Assembly: GCA_039183635.1 (NCBI GenBank)
Contig: JBCDBL010000002.1
Location: forward strand, 802 to 64,801
Direction: 5' to 3'
DNA: 64,000 bases
From: Pseudomonadota bacterium
Lineage (GTDB): Bacteria > Pseudomonadota > Alphaproteobacteria > Caulobacterales > Parvularculaceae
How positions within the stretch are numbered: the first letter of the stretch is position 1; every line of letters starts with the position of its first letter. Of this stretch, positions 1 to 8,068 are shown piece by piece. The translations under genes were made by a program, and so were the position numbers. The notes beneath the pieces were generated by a model. It did no database searches and had not been told where the DNA came from. It saw only the letters and a program-made list of their open reading frames with translations.

Positions 1-2
1 AC

Positions 3-1304
3 CTGGCGACGAACCAGTCGGGCGTCAAAGACTATTGGTGCCTCGCCATGCTGGCCGGGGCGAAGGCGGAAAGCCGGTTTCGAAGAGCCGATGCGGACCA
101 TATCGTGCATCGCATGGCGGAGCTCGATTTTTCCCCCGGCGCGCGGTTCGCCTACAGCAACACGAATTTCGCCATCCTGGGCTGGGTGCTGGAAACGGTG
201 TTCGACGCCCCCTATGCCGATATTTTACAACGGGAAATCTTCGCCCCCCTCGACATGACATCAACTTTTGTCGGCGCAGTAACGTCCGAGCCTCTGCCCG
301 GCGGCGCGACAGGCTATGAGTTCAACGCCGAAGGCGACCTGACGCCCGCCATCGTCGACATAGAGTGGGAAGGAGATGCAGGCATCGTCTCCACCCTGAA
401 CGATCTTTTGAAATGGGAGGCGAATTTCGAAGACAACAGGATCGGTCCAGCGGACTTAACAGCCCGCCTCACCGCAGACCATGCTTACGGCGACGGCGGC
501 AACGCCCCCTATCGCTACGGCGTGCGCGCCGCCGTGCGCAACGGCGTCCTCGGCCACAGCCACACCGGCGCGCTCAGGGGATGGCGTATGATGCGTCTGC
601 GCGCGCCGGAGGAAAACACGTCCGTCATTGTCCTGTTCAACCATTTGACGGCCCCGGAAAAAACGACCTTCGCGATTCTCGATCATGTTCTTCAGAATAA
701 AACTCAGCCCGTCACAGGCGCGCCCGCGCCCGCGCCCGACGGCGTCGCGGGACGGTATTTCGACGCCGAAGCGGGCCTTTCGGCGCTTATTGAGCCTTCC
801 GACAACGGCCTTACCCTTTCCTGCGGCGGGAGAACGTTTTCATTAAGACAAACGGAAACGAACGTTTTTGTCGCCGAGAATGACGCCGCATCGGTTCGTG
901 TTGAAACGGGTGCAAGCCCGATATTGCAGTTTACAGCGCCATCGGAAAACGTCAGCGCGACATTCCGGAAAAGCGCGCCGCCCTCAGACATGCATCCAGG
1001 CGATTATGTCGGCGCATATACATGCCGCGATTTCGACAGCGTCATGACCATCACCGCCGCCGGGGCCGGATTGACCGTCCGTTTTGAAGGGCGTCTCGGC
1101 GCGGCTGCCGCCATCCCATTAAATCCCGTGGACAAAGACGTTTTCATTTTTCCATGCCTCAGGGCCCTGGACCAGGCGCCGCCCGGGGAATTTACAATCG
1201 TCTTTGAGCGAAATGAAAGCGGCGTCGTGAGCCAAGCTGTCATCGGATGCTGGCTTGCACGTCATACTATATTCAACCGCACCGACGCGCCAGGCGGGGG
1301 GTAA
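3..1304 (+). CDS. Beta-lactamase-fold (peptidase S12-type) serine hydrolase, 5'-truncated by the window edge; D-aminopeptidase-like length and architecture
   Basis: The frame is open from position 3, with no stop before the first ATG at 48, so the N-terminus including the SxxK nucleophile lies upstream of the window. The YxN motif context FAYSNTNFAILG is typical of the class C beta-lactamase/DD-peptidase fold. A long C-terminal extension follows the catalytic domain. Confidence 0.75.
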   Translation: MATNQSGVKDYWCLAMLAGAKAESRFRRADADHIVHRMAELDFSPGARFAYSNTNFAILGWVLETVFDAPYADILQREIFAPLDMTSTFVGAVTSEPLPGGATGYEFNAEGDLTPAIVDIEWEGDAGIVSTLNDLLKWEANFEDNRIGPADLTARLTADHAYGDGGNAPYRYGVRAAVRNGVLGHSHTGALRGWRMMRLRAPEENTSVIVLFNHLTAPEKTTFAILDHVLQNKTQPVTGAPAPAPDGVAGRYFDAEAGLSALIEPSDNGLTLSCGGRTFSLRQTETNVFVAENDAASVRVETGASPILQFTAPSENVSATFRKSAPPSDMHPGDYVGAYTCRDFDSVMTITAAGAGLTVRFEGRLGAAAAIPLNPVDKDVFIFPCLRALDQAPPGEFTIVFERNESGVVSQAVIGCWLARHTIFNRTDAPGGG

Positions 1305-1310
1305 AGTCCT

Positions 1311-2759
1311 ATGGCGCAAAATTTCGCAACAGCCGACATCGCCAACGCCAATATTGACGGCCTGCCCACCGCCCATGAGCGGATGCTGCTGGATCTCGCC
1401 CTGATCGCAAAGGGGGTGTGCAGCGGCGTCTTCGTCTCCGGCCGGGAGATTGAGGAGATCCTCGCCCACAGCGTGAAGGCTGAAACCGAAGACGGCCGAC
1501 CCGTGCGCATCGAGGTCGACCGCGCCGCGGGGCTTGTGAAGGCGTCGACGGACGACGGCGTGACAAGGGCCGTCCGCCATTACGGGGACCAGGGCGCGGT
1601 GGTTCTGCCGGTGGGCTCAGCGAAAGCGTTTTTCACGCCCGCGCTGGTCACCTCGAACCTTCCGCCCGCCGATGAGGCGGCGTGGCCCCTGGGCGACGCC
1701 GGGGCCGCCGTCGCGCCTGGGGAAGCATGGGACAAAGCGCTGTTGGACGAGGCGGTGGAGACCGCATTTTCCAAAACGCCGGACACGTTCACAGCCGCCT
1801 TCCTTATCATTCACAACGGCCGCATCATCGCGGAACGCTACGGCGCGGGCGCCCACAAGGACATGCAGCTGCCGAGCTGGTCCATGGGCAAAACCCTCAC
1901 CGCCGCCATGGTCGGCCGCCTGATGCAGGACGGCGCCTTCGGTCTTCACGACCCCGCCCCCCTCGCCGAATGGCGGGGGGCGGACGACCCTCGCGGCGAC
2001 ATCACGATCGCGCATCTGTTACGGATGTCGAGCGGCCTTGATTTCTCAGCGGCCTGGGCGGCGGACTATGCGCCGGACAAGGGGTATCCGGATCATTCTT
2101 ATATGTATGGCGGGGCGATCGACATGTTCCAGCTCGCCCTGTCGCGCCCGGCCGCCCATCCGCCCGACACGCTCGGCGCCTATAAGAACGGCGACACCCT
2201 CGCCCTCGGCGCTGTTGTCAAACGCACGGTCGAGGCCCGGGGGGAGACGTATTTCCAATGGCCGCAGACGGCGCTGTTCGATAAGATCGGCGTGCGCCGC
2301 CTTGTTCTGGAGCCGGACCCGTACGGCAATCTTGCAACGTCCGGTTTTAATTACGGCGCGGCGCGGGATTGGGCGCGGCTCGGCCTTTTATTCCTGAACG
2401 ACGGCGTCACCGGCGGGGAGCGGCTCTTCCCCGAAGGCTTTGTCGACTTTATCCGATCGCCGGCGCCGGCCTGGTCCGGCCGCTATTGGACCGAGCCCGG
2501 ACCGGCCGGCTGGACCGATTCGGTCTATGGCGGCCAGGTTTGGTTGAACCGGTATCCGGATGAAGACCGCTGGCCGCTGCCCGTGGACGCCTATTTCATG
2601 CTTGGCATCGGCGGGCAATATACATTCGTGGTTCCGTCCATGAATATGGTGGTCGTCCGCATGGGCCATGTGCGCGGCGTTCTTGAGCAAAACGCCGGAC
2701 GCCAGCCTCTGTCCGACGCCCTCGCCCTTGTTATGAAAGCCTATCGCGCCCATGCCTGA
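1311..2759 (+). CDS. Beta-lactamase-fold (S12) serine hydrolase, paralog A
   Basis: 482-aa ORF starting 7 nt after the upstream stop. SxxK nucleophile in SWSMGKTLTAAMVG. It shares blocks with the 5562..6971 ORF: CSGVF, YGDQG.V.LP, AEWRGADDPR, DPYG and RDW.RLGLL. Confidence 0.85.
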   Translation: MAQNFATADIANANIDGLPTAHERMLLDLALIAKGVCSGVFVSGREIEEILAHSVKAETEDGRPVRIEVDRAAGLVKASTDDGVTRAVRHYGDQGAVVLPVGSAKAFFTPALVTSNLPPADEAAWPLGDAGAAVAPGEAWDKALLDEAVETAFSKTPDTFTAAFLIIHNGRIIAERYGAGAHKDMQLPSWSMGKTLTAAMVGRLMQDGAFGLHDPAPLAEWRGADDPRGDITIAHLLRMSSGLDFSAAWAADYAPDKGYPDHSYMYGGAIDMFQLALSRPAAHPPDTLGAYKNGDTLALGAVVKRTVEARGETYFQWPQTALFDKIGVRRLVLEPDPYGNLATSGFNYGAARDWARLGLLFLNDGVTGGERLFPEGFVDFIRSPAPAWSGRYWTEPGPAGWTDSVYGGQVWLNRYPDEDRWPLPVDAYFMLGIGGQYTFVVPSMNMVVVRMGHVRGVLEQNAGRQPLSDALALVMKAYRAHA

Positions 2760-3579
2760 CGCCGAGGACAGCATATTATCCCTTTGGCGTCTCCACGCCG
2801 TTCTTATCCTCAGTATTCTTATCGCCGAGTGGATTGGCGTCATCCGCCTGCCTGTCGGCGGTTTAACGCTGGTGTTCCTGCCGCTGATTTTTGCATTTTT
2901 CGTCGCGATCGCTTTTAACCCGAACATCGCGCCCTGGGCGAAGCGGTTTTTATCCGCCAGGGAGACGAAAGCCGCCGCCTCCGGCCTGTCCATCGCCGTC
3001 ATTCCGCTGATCGCGCTGCTGTCGGCCTATATCGGGCCGCAATTTCAGGAGGTGGCCTCGGTCGGCCTCGCCCTTGTCCTGCAAGAGCTTGGCAATCTCG
3101 GGACCATGGCGATCGCCATGCCCGTCGGGGTGCTGATCTTCGGCATGGGCCGGGAGGCGATCGGCGCCACCTTCTCCATCGCCCGGGAGGGGGGCCTCGC
3201 TTTCATATTCGGCAAGTTCGGCGGGGGTAGCCCGGAAGGCGCCGGCGTCATGGGCGTTTACATCTGCGGCACCGTGTTCGGCGTCATATTTTTCAGCCTC
3301 GCGCCGTCGCTGGTTGCGGCCCTCGACATTTTCGACCCCCGCGCCCTCGCCATGGCCTGCGGCACGGGAAGCGCCAGCATGACCGGCGCCTGCTCCACCA
3401 CCGTCGCCGCCGCCTATCCGGATCAGGCGGAACAAATCGTCGCCATCGCCGCCAGCAGCAACCTGATGACGGGCCTCACCGGACTGTTCATCATCATTTT
3501 CATAACCCTTCCGCTAGCGGAGCGGTATTACACAGCCCTTACGCGCATGCGGCTTGAAAAAGAAGGCAAGAGTTCATGA
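2752..3579 (+). CDS. Polytopic inner-membrane protein (resembles DUF3100 family; putative transporter)
   Basis: 8-nt overlap with the upstream gene. Very hydrophobic 275-aa product with about 8 TM segments. The motif ACGTGSASMTGA is one I associate with DUF3100 from memory; this is unverified. Confidence 0.65.
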   Translation: MPDAEDSILSLWRLHAVLILSILIAEWIGVIRLPVGGLTLVFLPLIFAFFVAIAFNPNIAPWAKRFLSARETKAAASGLSIAVIPLIALLSAYIGPQFQEVASVGLALVLQELGNLGTMAIAMPVGVLIFGMGREAIGATFSIAREGGLAFIFGKFGGGSPEGAGVMGVYICGTVFGVIFFSLAPSLVAALDIFDPRALAMACGTGSASMTGACSTTVAAAYPDQAEQIVAIAASSNLMTGLTGLFIIIFITLPLAERYYTALTRMRLEKEGKSS

Positions 3580-4037
3580 GCCGCCTCAAGGACCTTCGCC
3601 GGATTTCCGCCATCACCGCGCTCGCGCTGGCGATGACGTTTGTCGGCCATTTTCCAGCAGTCGGATTTGAGGCCGCGCTCAAAACGCCGATGGGCCTCCT
3701 CCTCATCTACGTCACGGTCATGATCGGATTTACGATCGCAAAGGTGCTGCCGTCGAAACTGCCGGATCTGTTCTGGGTCTCCATCATAGCGACTGCCGCA
3801 GGCTTCCCTGGCGTTCCGGGATCAGCCTTTTACATTTCGCAACTTTCGAATTTGAGCCTCATCGCAACCATTACGCCGGTTCTCGCTTTCGCCGGCTTGG
3901 CGCTTGGAAAAAAAGACATTGATCTGTTCAAAGCCGCCGGCGTTCAGATTGTTTTCATCTCGATCCTGGTGTTCCTTGGCACCTTCCTCGGCTCCGCCGT
4001 CATCGCCGAGGCGGTTTTACGGCTGAGCGGCGCTTGA
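3576..4037 (+). CDS. Small 4-TM membrane protein, translationally coupled partner of 2752..3579
   Basis: ATGA start/stop overlap at 3576-3579. 153-aa product with four hydrophobic segments. I recognise no family. Confidence 0.6.
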   Translation: MSRLKDLRRISAITALALAMTFVGHFPAVGFEAALKTPMGLLLIYVTVMIGFTIAKVLPSKLPDLFWVSIIATAAGFPGVPGSAFYISQLSNLSLIATITPVLAFAGLALGKKDIDLFKAAGVQIVFISILVFLGTFLGSAVIAEAVLRLSGA

Positions 4038-4135
4038 GAAGGGGACGAAGGGCATCTCCGGGGCATTGCCAATACTCAAGGACATCCCCTCAAAAGGGAT
4101 TAAACTCCTCTGTTAAATCGTATTGCAAAAAACAA

Positions 4136-4153
4136 AAAATAGCATGCTATTTT
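4136..4153. promoter_or_regulatory. Perfect 18-bp palindrome AAAATAGCATGCTATTTT in an AT-rich promoter region (candidate operator)
   Basis: Read directly from the sequence. It is its own reverse complement. It sits in the 200-bp AT-rich gap upstream of the SCP2/propeller/hydrolase operon. Confidence 0.35.
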
Positions 4154-4238
4154 ATGAAGAATAATGAAATTTGTTGATATTAGTGGATTAAATGGTATGC
4201 TAAATTAGAGTTTAGAGGGAAAGTGAGGCGAGAGACCT

Positions 4239-4541
4239 GTGACGACACTTGCTGAAATGACAGATTTTTTTACCGAGATCGCGCCCATGGCCGCAGGCCT
4301 TAACGCGCGCCTTAAGTTCGACCTGGAAGGTGACGGCGTGATCCTGCTGAATGCCGCGGCCGACCCGGTTTCGGTTAGCAATGAAGACGCCGAGGCGGAC
4401 ACGACATTCTATCTGACGCTCCAGGATCTTTCCGACATGTTGTCGAGAAAACTCGACGGCAGCCTCGCCTTCTCCATGGGCCGCCTGCGCGCCGAAGGCG
4501 ACATGATCAACGCCGTTCTTGTCACCCAGCTTTTTGGCTGA
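4239..4541 (+). CDS. SCP2 (sterol-carrier-protein-2-like) lipid-binding domain protein
   Basis: 100-aa product. The stretch KFDLEGDG...FYLTLQDLSDMLSRKLDGSLAFSMGRLRAEGDM matches the SCP2 C-terminal consensus (G.L....AF..GKLK..GD). Confidence 0.75.
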   Translation: MTTLAEMTDFFTEIAPMAAGLNARLKFDLEGDGVILLNAAADPVSVSNEDAEADTTFYLTLQDLSDMLSRKLDGSLAFSMGRLRAEGDMINAVLVTQLFG

Positions 4542-4589
4542 TGCGAAGACCCATCGCCTTCGCATTAAAAAAACAGGACACATTTTCCC

Positions 4590-5558
4590 ATGCTGTACCA
4601 GCAAAACACGATCGGCTCGGACATCACCGTCGTCGATGAAAAGAAGAATTACGAAAAAGTCGGCGTCATCACCCTGGGGGATAATCTGACCCCGGACAGC
4701 GTCGTGCTCTCCAACGACTACGCAACCCTCTACGTCAACGGCACCAATCGTTGGGAATTTTGGTCGAACCCCACCCTGGACCCGCGCAGCGTGTTCGCCG
4801 CCTTCGACGCCCATACGTTTGAAGAAAAATGGCGCGTGCCTCTGCTCGGTTCCATTGAACACTTCGCCGCTTCGCCGGACCGCCGCTATGTGTACAACGC
4901 CCATAATGACCGCAAGCTGGTGAGCAAGGTGGACACGCAAACCCAGGAAGTGACCCCAATCCAGATCGCCAATCTTGGCGGCCATAAAGTACGTGTCAGC
5001 GCCGATGGCTCCCGGGTTTATGTCGGCTCCATCATATGGGGCTCCCTCGACGAAATCGACGCCACGAACGACAGATGGACCCGCCACATCACATTCGAGG
5101 ATAATGTGCGGCCCTTCGCTCTGTCCAAGGACGGGCGCAAAGCCTATGTGCAGCTGTCTCGCATGCACGGTTTCCATGTGGTGGACATTGACGAATGGCG
5201 GGTGGAGCGCACAGTCGATCTGCCGCCCCTGCCCGACGATATTCCCCATGTGGAGAATAAATACCCCTTTACGATTGACCATGGCGTCGAAATCACGCCG
5301 GATGAGAAATATATCGTCCTGTTGGCGACAACAGGGCATTATGTGGCGGTTTATTCCTACCCTGACCTTAAACTGGTCAAAACCATCGATGTCGGCAAAC
5401 AGCCGAGCTACCTCACCATTTCCAAAGACTCTAAAACTTGCTATGTAAGTTGCCGCGTATCTTGTAGCTTACACGTTATATCGCTTGAGACATTGGAAAC
5501 AGTTCACGTGGTTGAGCGCATTGGCGCTTTCCCGCAACGCATTTGCGCAGATCATTGA
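4590..5558 (+). CDS. YVTN/YncE-like beta-propeller repeat protein (no signal peptide)
   Basis: Repeated units of roughly 40 aa with blade motifs RRYVYNA, DGSRVYVGS, DGRKAYVQ, DEKYIVLL and DSKTCYVS. The larger antisense ORF 4212..5339 has no recognisable motifs and is treated as a shadow ORF. Confidence 0.75.
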   Translation: MLYQQNTIGSDITVVDEKKNYEKVGVITLGDNLTPDSVVLSNDYATLYVNGTNRWEFWSNPTLDPRSVFAAFDAHTFEEKWRVPLLGSIEHFAASPDRRYVYNAHNDRKLVSKVDTQTQEVTPIQIANLGGHKVRVSADGSRVYVGSIIWGSLDEIDATNDRWTRHITFEDNVRPFALSKDGRKAYVQLSRMHGFHVVDIDEWRVERTVDLPPLPDDIPHVENKYPFTIDHGVEITPDEKYIVLLATTGHYVAVYSYPDLKLVKTIDVGKQPSYLTISKDSKTCYVSCRVSCSLHVISLETLETVHVVERIGAFPQRICADH

Positions 5559-5561
5559 CAT

Positions 5562-6971
5562 ATGCTTGGTATTGATCAGAACAACCCCGAATTGTGCGGC
5601 CTGTCCTGGGCGACGAAAGTCATCTGTTCCGGCGTTTTCATCACCGGCCGGGACCCGAAGGAAATTCTGACTTCAAGCTGTATTTGGATGGCCGCGTCGG
5701 ACCACATGGTCAAGCAGGCGATAGACAAAGGCGACCCATCGGCGCTTTTAGAGCTTCCCGTCGAAATCGACGTCGACCATGATACGAAAACCGTACAGCT
5801 TTCCTTAAACGGAAAAAAAGCATGGGCGCGCTATTTCGGCGACCAGGGTACGGTTATATTGCCGTCCCCCGACGCCGAAATCGCCTTTACGCCGAAGCCC
5901 GTGCCAGTCTCAGCAAAAGACGACAATCTGTGGGGCGCGCCAGGCGAGACCGGGGACGCAGGGCGAACGGGATGCGACCCGGAAAAGCTTAACGCCGCGG
6001 CGGACCTGCTGTTTGAAAATGATCTTCAGTTTACGAACGCCTTTCTTGTTATCCATAAGGGGGAGCTGCTGATCGAGCGCTATCGCGCGCCATTTAACGC
6101 CAAAACGCAATTCGAGTCCTGGTCCATGGGCAAAAGCATCGCCTCCACCCTTGTCGGCGTCGCCTGCCAGCGGGGAGATCTCAGCCTTGACGAGGCGGAC
6201 CTATTCGCTGAATGGCGCGGTGCGGACGACCCCAGGCGGGACATCAAAGTGCGGAACATCGTCAACATGGCGAGCGGTCTTGAATTTTTAGGAAGCTACG
6301 GCGTTGAAGAGGATCACTCGGTCAAATCCATCGACGGGCGCTTTCTCGACCATATTTATGTCTATGGCGGGGGCGTCGATTCCTATACGTTCTGCATCGA
6401 CAAACCGTTGCAAGACCCGCCGGGAACGGCCGGGCGGTATCGCAATTGCGATCCGCTTCTGGCGACAGCCTTGGTGCGCCAAAGGTCCGCTGGCGGAGAC
6501 ATCCAAGACTTTCTCACCTGGCCGCAAAAACACCTTTTCGACAAGCTTGGCATGACCGGAATGGTGTTGGAGACAGACCCCTACGGACATTTCCTGATTT
6601 CAGGCCACGATTACGGTCGCGCGCGAGATTGGGGGCGCCTCGGCCTGCTCTACGCACAGCGCGGCGCCTGGGGCCGTGAACAAATTATCCCTGAGGCCCA
6701 TGTTGATTTCGTCAGCACCCCCGCAAAAGAAGCCTGGGCGCATAATCCATATTATGGCGGCTTCTTCTACACCAACGCAACGAACCTCACTCCTGCGTTG
6801 CCGAAGGACGCTTATTTCATGAGCGGCGGCGGGAAGCAACGGGTCACCATCGTGCCGTCCCTCGACCTTGTCATGGTGCGTCTCGGCCATATGGCGGGAC
6901 AAATTTTCGGCCTTTTGGAAACCATGGACGACGCAAACAAGATGATTGTCGAAGCTATGCCGCGCGCCTGA
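5562..6971 (+). CDS. Beta-lactamase-fold (S12) serine hydrolase, paralog B
   Basis: Starts 4 nt after the propeller gene stop. SxxK in SWSMGKSIASTLVG. Collinear similarity to 1311..2759 over the whole length. Confidence 0.85.
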   Translation: MLGIDQNNPELCGLSWATKVICSGVFITGRDPKEILTSSCIWMAASDHMVKQAIDKGDPSALLELPVEIDVDHDTKTVQLSLNGKKAWARYFGDQGTVILPSPDAEIAFTPKPVPVSAKDDNLWGAPGETGDAGRTGCDPEKLNAAADLLFENDLQFTNAFLVIHKGELLIERYRAPFNAKTQFESWSMGKSIASTLVGVACQRGDLSLDEADLFAEWRGADDPRRDIKVRNIVNMASGLEFLGSYGVEEDHSVKSIDGRFLDHIYVYGGGVDSYTFCIDKPLQDPPGTAGRYRNCDPLLATALVRQRSAGGDIQDFLTWPQKHLFDKLGMTGMVLETDPYGHFLISGHDYGRARDWGRLGLLYAQRGAWGREQIIPEAHVDFVSTPAKEAWAHNPYYGGFFYTNATNLTPALPKDAYFMSGGGKQRVTIVPSLDLVMVRLGHMAGQIFGLLETMDDANKMIVEAMPRA

Positions 6972-7989
6972 GCGACATGGACAAAACGTACAGCGCCGCC
7001 AGCACCAGAAGCGCACCGAGATAACTGCCCAAAGTGGGCCAAGGCTCTGCGAAGGTCAAAGACAAAACTGCGGAGGCTGCAACGCCGGACAAAAGGCTGG
7101 CACCCCGGTTGACCGGTATGGCGAACGTGTTCTCTCTGGCGTCGAGATAGATCAACGTTCCAAACGTCAGCACCCCCCCGTAAAAAACGCCGATCAACAG
7201 CAATAACGGCCCGGAGGCTGAAAAAATAAGGGCGACGCCCTGGCGTATGTCAGTTCCGACAGAGAACGGCGCGAAGGCGAGTGCGCAGGTGACGAGAACA
7301 AGACACCCCAGGGATACGACCTGTTCGTCCGCGAAGTATTGAGCCCGTAACCCCGGCGCATGCGTTTTGGCGTAGCGCGTCATCAGTGTGAGGCGCAAAG
7401 CATAGGCGGCGAGATAGACGCCTAAATTGGCGATGGCGCCGAGCGACAAGGCGCCGTCGCGGGCGCCGAAAACACCGACCGCAACCGCTAGCACGCTGAG
7501 ACACAATGCCGCCAGAGCCTGGCCGGAGATCGCCCGCGCCTCCCTGCGATCGACAATCGGGGCAAGAAGCAAAACGCCGCCGCGCATTAACAAGAGCGCA
7601 AGCAGAACAGATACGCCCTCAAAAGCGTAGGCGAATGTCGTCGTACCGATGATGGCGGCTGTCGCCACGCCGGATAGCAGAACGGGACCGGAAAACAAGC
7701 CGCTCTTGCGCCCACCGTCCCCGAGCGCAGCGGCCCGCTTCCGCATACGCCATATGACCGCTGGCAATATCAGCAACAGCCCAAGCGTCAATCCAGGCAA
7801 CAGGGCCAATCGCGCCGGAGCATCAGTCAAATACCCGCCGGACACCGCCTTCACGTATCCGCCGTAAATCGCATAGATAGCGAAATAGCCCAGGGCAAAC
7901 ACCCAAATAGGCGTTTGACGCCATTGGGGGTTCGGCGCTTGGGTCGTTACGGAAGGCGCTTTATTCAATTGCAGGGCGCACTTGTACAT
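6955..7989 (-). CDS. Integral membrane protein, about 10 TM, possibly DMT/EamA-like
   Basis: 344-aa highly hydrophobic ORF. Its 3' end overlaps the convergent hydrolase gene by 17 nt. The family call is tentative. Confidence 0.6.
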   Translation of the reverse strand: MYKCALQLNKAPSVTTQAPNPQWRQTPIWVFALGYFAIYAIYGGYVKAVSGGYLTDAPARLALLPGLTLGLLLILPAVIWRMRKRAAALGDGGRKSGLFSGPVLLSGVATAAIIGTTTFAYAFEGVSVLLALLLMRGGVLLLAPIVDRREARAISGQALAALCLSVLAVAVGVFGARDGALSLGAIANLGVYLAAYALRLTLMTRYAKTHAPGLRAQYFADEQVVSLGCLVLVTCALAFAPFSVGTDIRQGVALIFSASGPLLLLIGVFYGGVLTFGTLIYLDARENTFAIPVNRGASLLSGVAASAVLSLTFAEPWPTLGSYLGALLVLAALYVLSMSLRRAA

Positions 7990-8021
7990 GCAGCCATTTG
8001 AATCTCAAGAAGATATATGTC

Positions 8022-8047
8022 AAAGGCCCCGCATGAAAGCGGGGCCT
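8022..8047 (-). terminator. Rho-independent-type terminator after the TonB-dependent receptor gene
   Basis: GGCCCCGC / GCGGGGCC 8-bp GC stem (8025-8032 and 8039-8046) with a 6-nt loop. It is followed on the minus strand by TTTG and lies about 25 nt downstream of the stop at 8069. Confidence 0.55.
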
Positions 8048-8068
8048 GTCTCTTTGAAAGCGCAGCGG

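Noticed and set aside
4212-5339. 375-aa minus-strand ORF, larger than the plus-strand ORF it overlaps
   Set aside because: Its translation has no recognisable motifs. The opposite-strand ORF (4590..5558) has clear beta-propeller blade repeats and tight operon spacing. This is a typical antisense shadow ORF in GC-rich DNA.
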